A stretch of 64,000 nt of DNA from a virus. Below, piece by piece: positions 63,904-64,000 of the stretch. Location: positions 5,570 through 69,569 of the IMG/VR virus record IMGVR_UViG_3300036398_002581. One strand, written 5' to 3'. Made by a program: the position numbers and the translations under genes. Below the pieces are notes generated by a model, which saw only the letters and a program-made list of their open reading frames with translations, did not search any database and was not told the DNA's origin. Numbering within the stretch: position 1 is the stretch's first letter; each line of letters begins with the position of its first letter.

Positions 63904-64000
63904 GGGTCATAGGCTACCAGAACAGAGTGTTTTTGCCAAACCGTCGGATCGTGGTCGGCGGCCAGCAAATTGGTTAGGCCGACCGGGGCGCACGGAGCGG

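Larger units (their letters stand above)
1..64000. mobile_element. Temperate HK97-fold siphovirus-like phage genome (near complete; probably the non-integrated form)
   Basis: Terminase, portal, protease, capsid, tail, tape measure, integrase and replication genes in phage order; no host housekeeping genes; integrase is internal. Confidence 0.95.

Noticed and set aside
1-64000. Alternative genetic code or stop-codon reassignment
   Set aside because: Core genes translate full-length in the standard code, with all three stops used

Overview
The window is most of the genome of a temperate, HK97-fold, long-tailed (siphovirus-like) dsDNA phage of high GC content. The host is possibly a Planctomycetota member; this is inferred from gene style and is not shown directly. 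Nearly all genes lie on the minus strand. Reading from the right end: Zn-finger HNH, terS, terL, portal, bacterioferritin-like gene, multidomain prohead protease, major capsid, head-tail genes, three small tube-like genes, frameshifting tail chaperone, tape measure, tail tip genes, a nucleotide-metabolism islet, and two tail-fibre cassettes. Next come a plus-strand tyrosine integrase with a tRNA-3'-end-like attP candidate, then SNF2/SSB/PLD/PrimPol/UvrD, CsrA, and accessory genes (trypsin-like protease, GNAT, Mom-like, MazG). A glycosyltransferase cluster, a membrane/lipoprotein/papain-protease cassette and a gp74-like HNH follow. A convergent plus-strand block of small genes (1-5356) has repeated leader motifs. 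Main highlights: (1) a degenerate bacterioferritin and a HiPIP-like 4-Cys domain inside the head-assembly operon, reminiscent of encapsulin/ferritin systems; (2) a phage CsrA together with GGA-loop hairpins in late-gene leaders; (3) four glycosyltransferases, one inside the head module; (4) a papain-like protease where an endolysin would be expected; (5) a G11 tract in the Mom-like gene. All calls are from motif reading by eye; no database searches were run.
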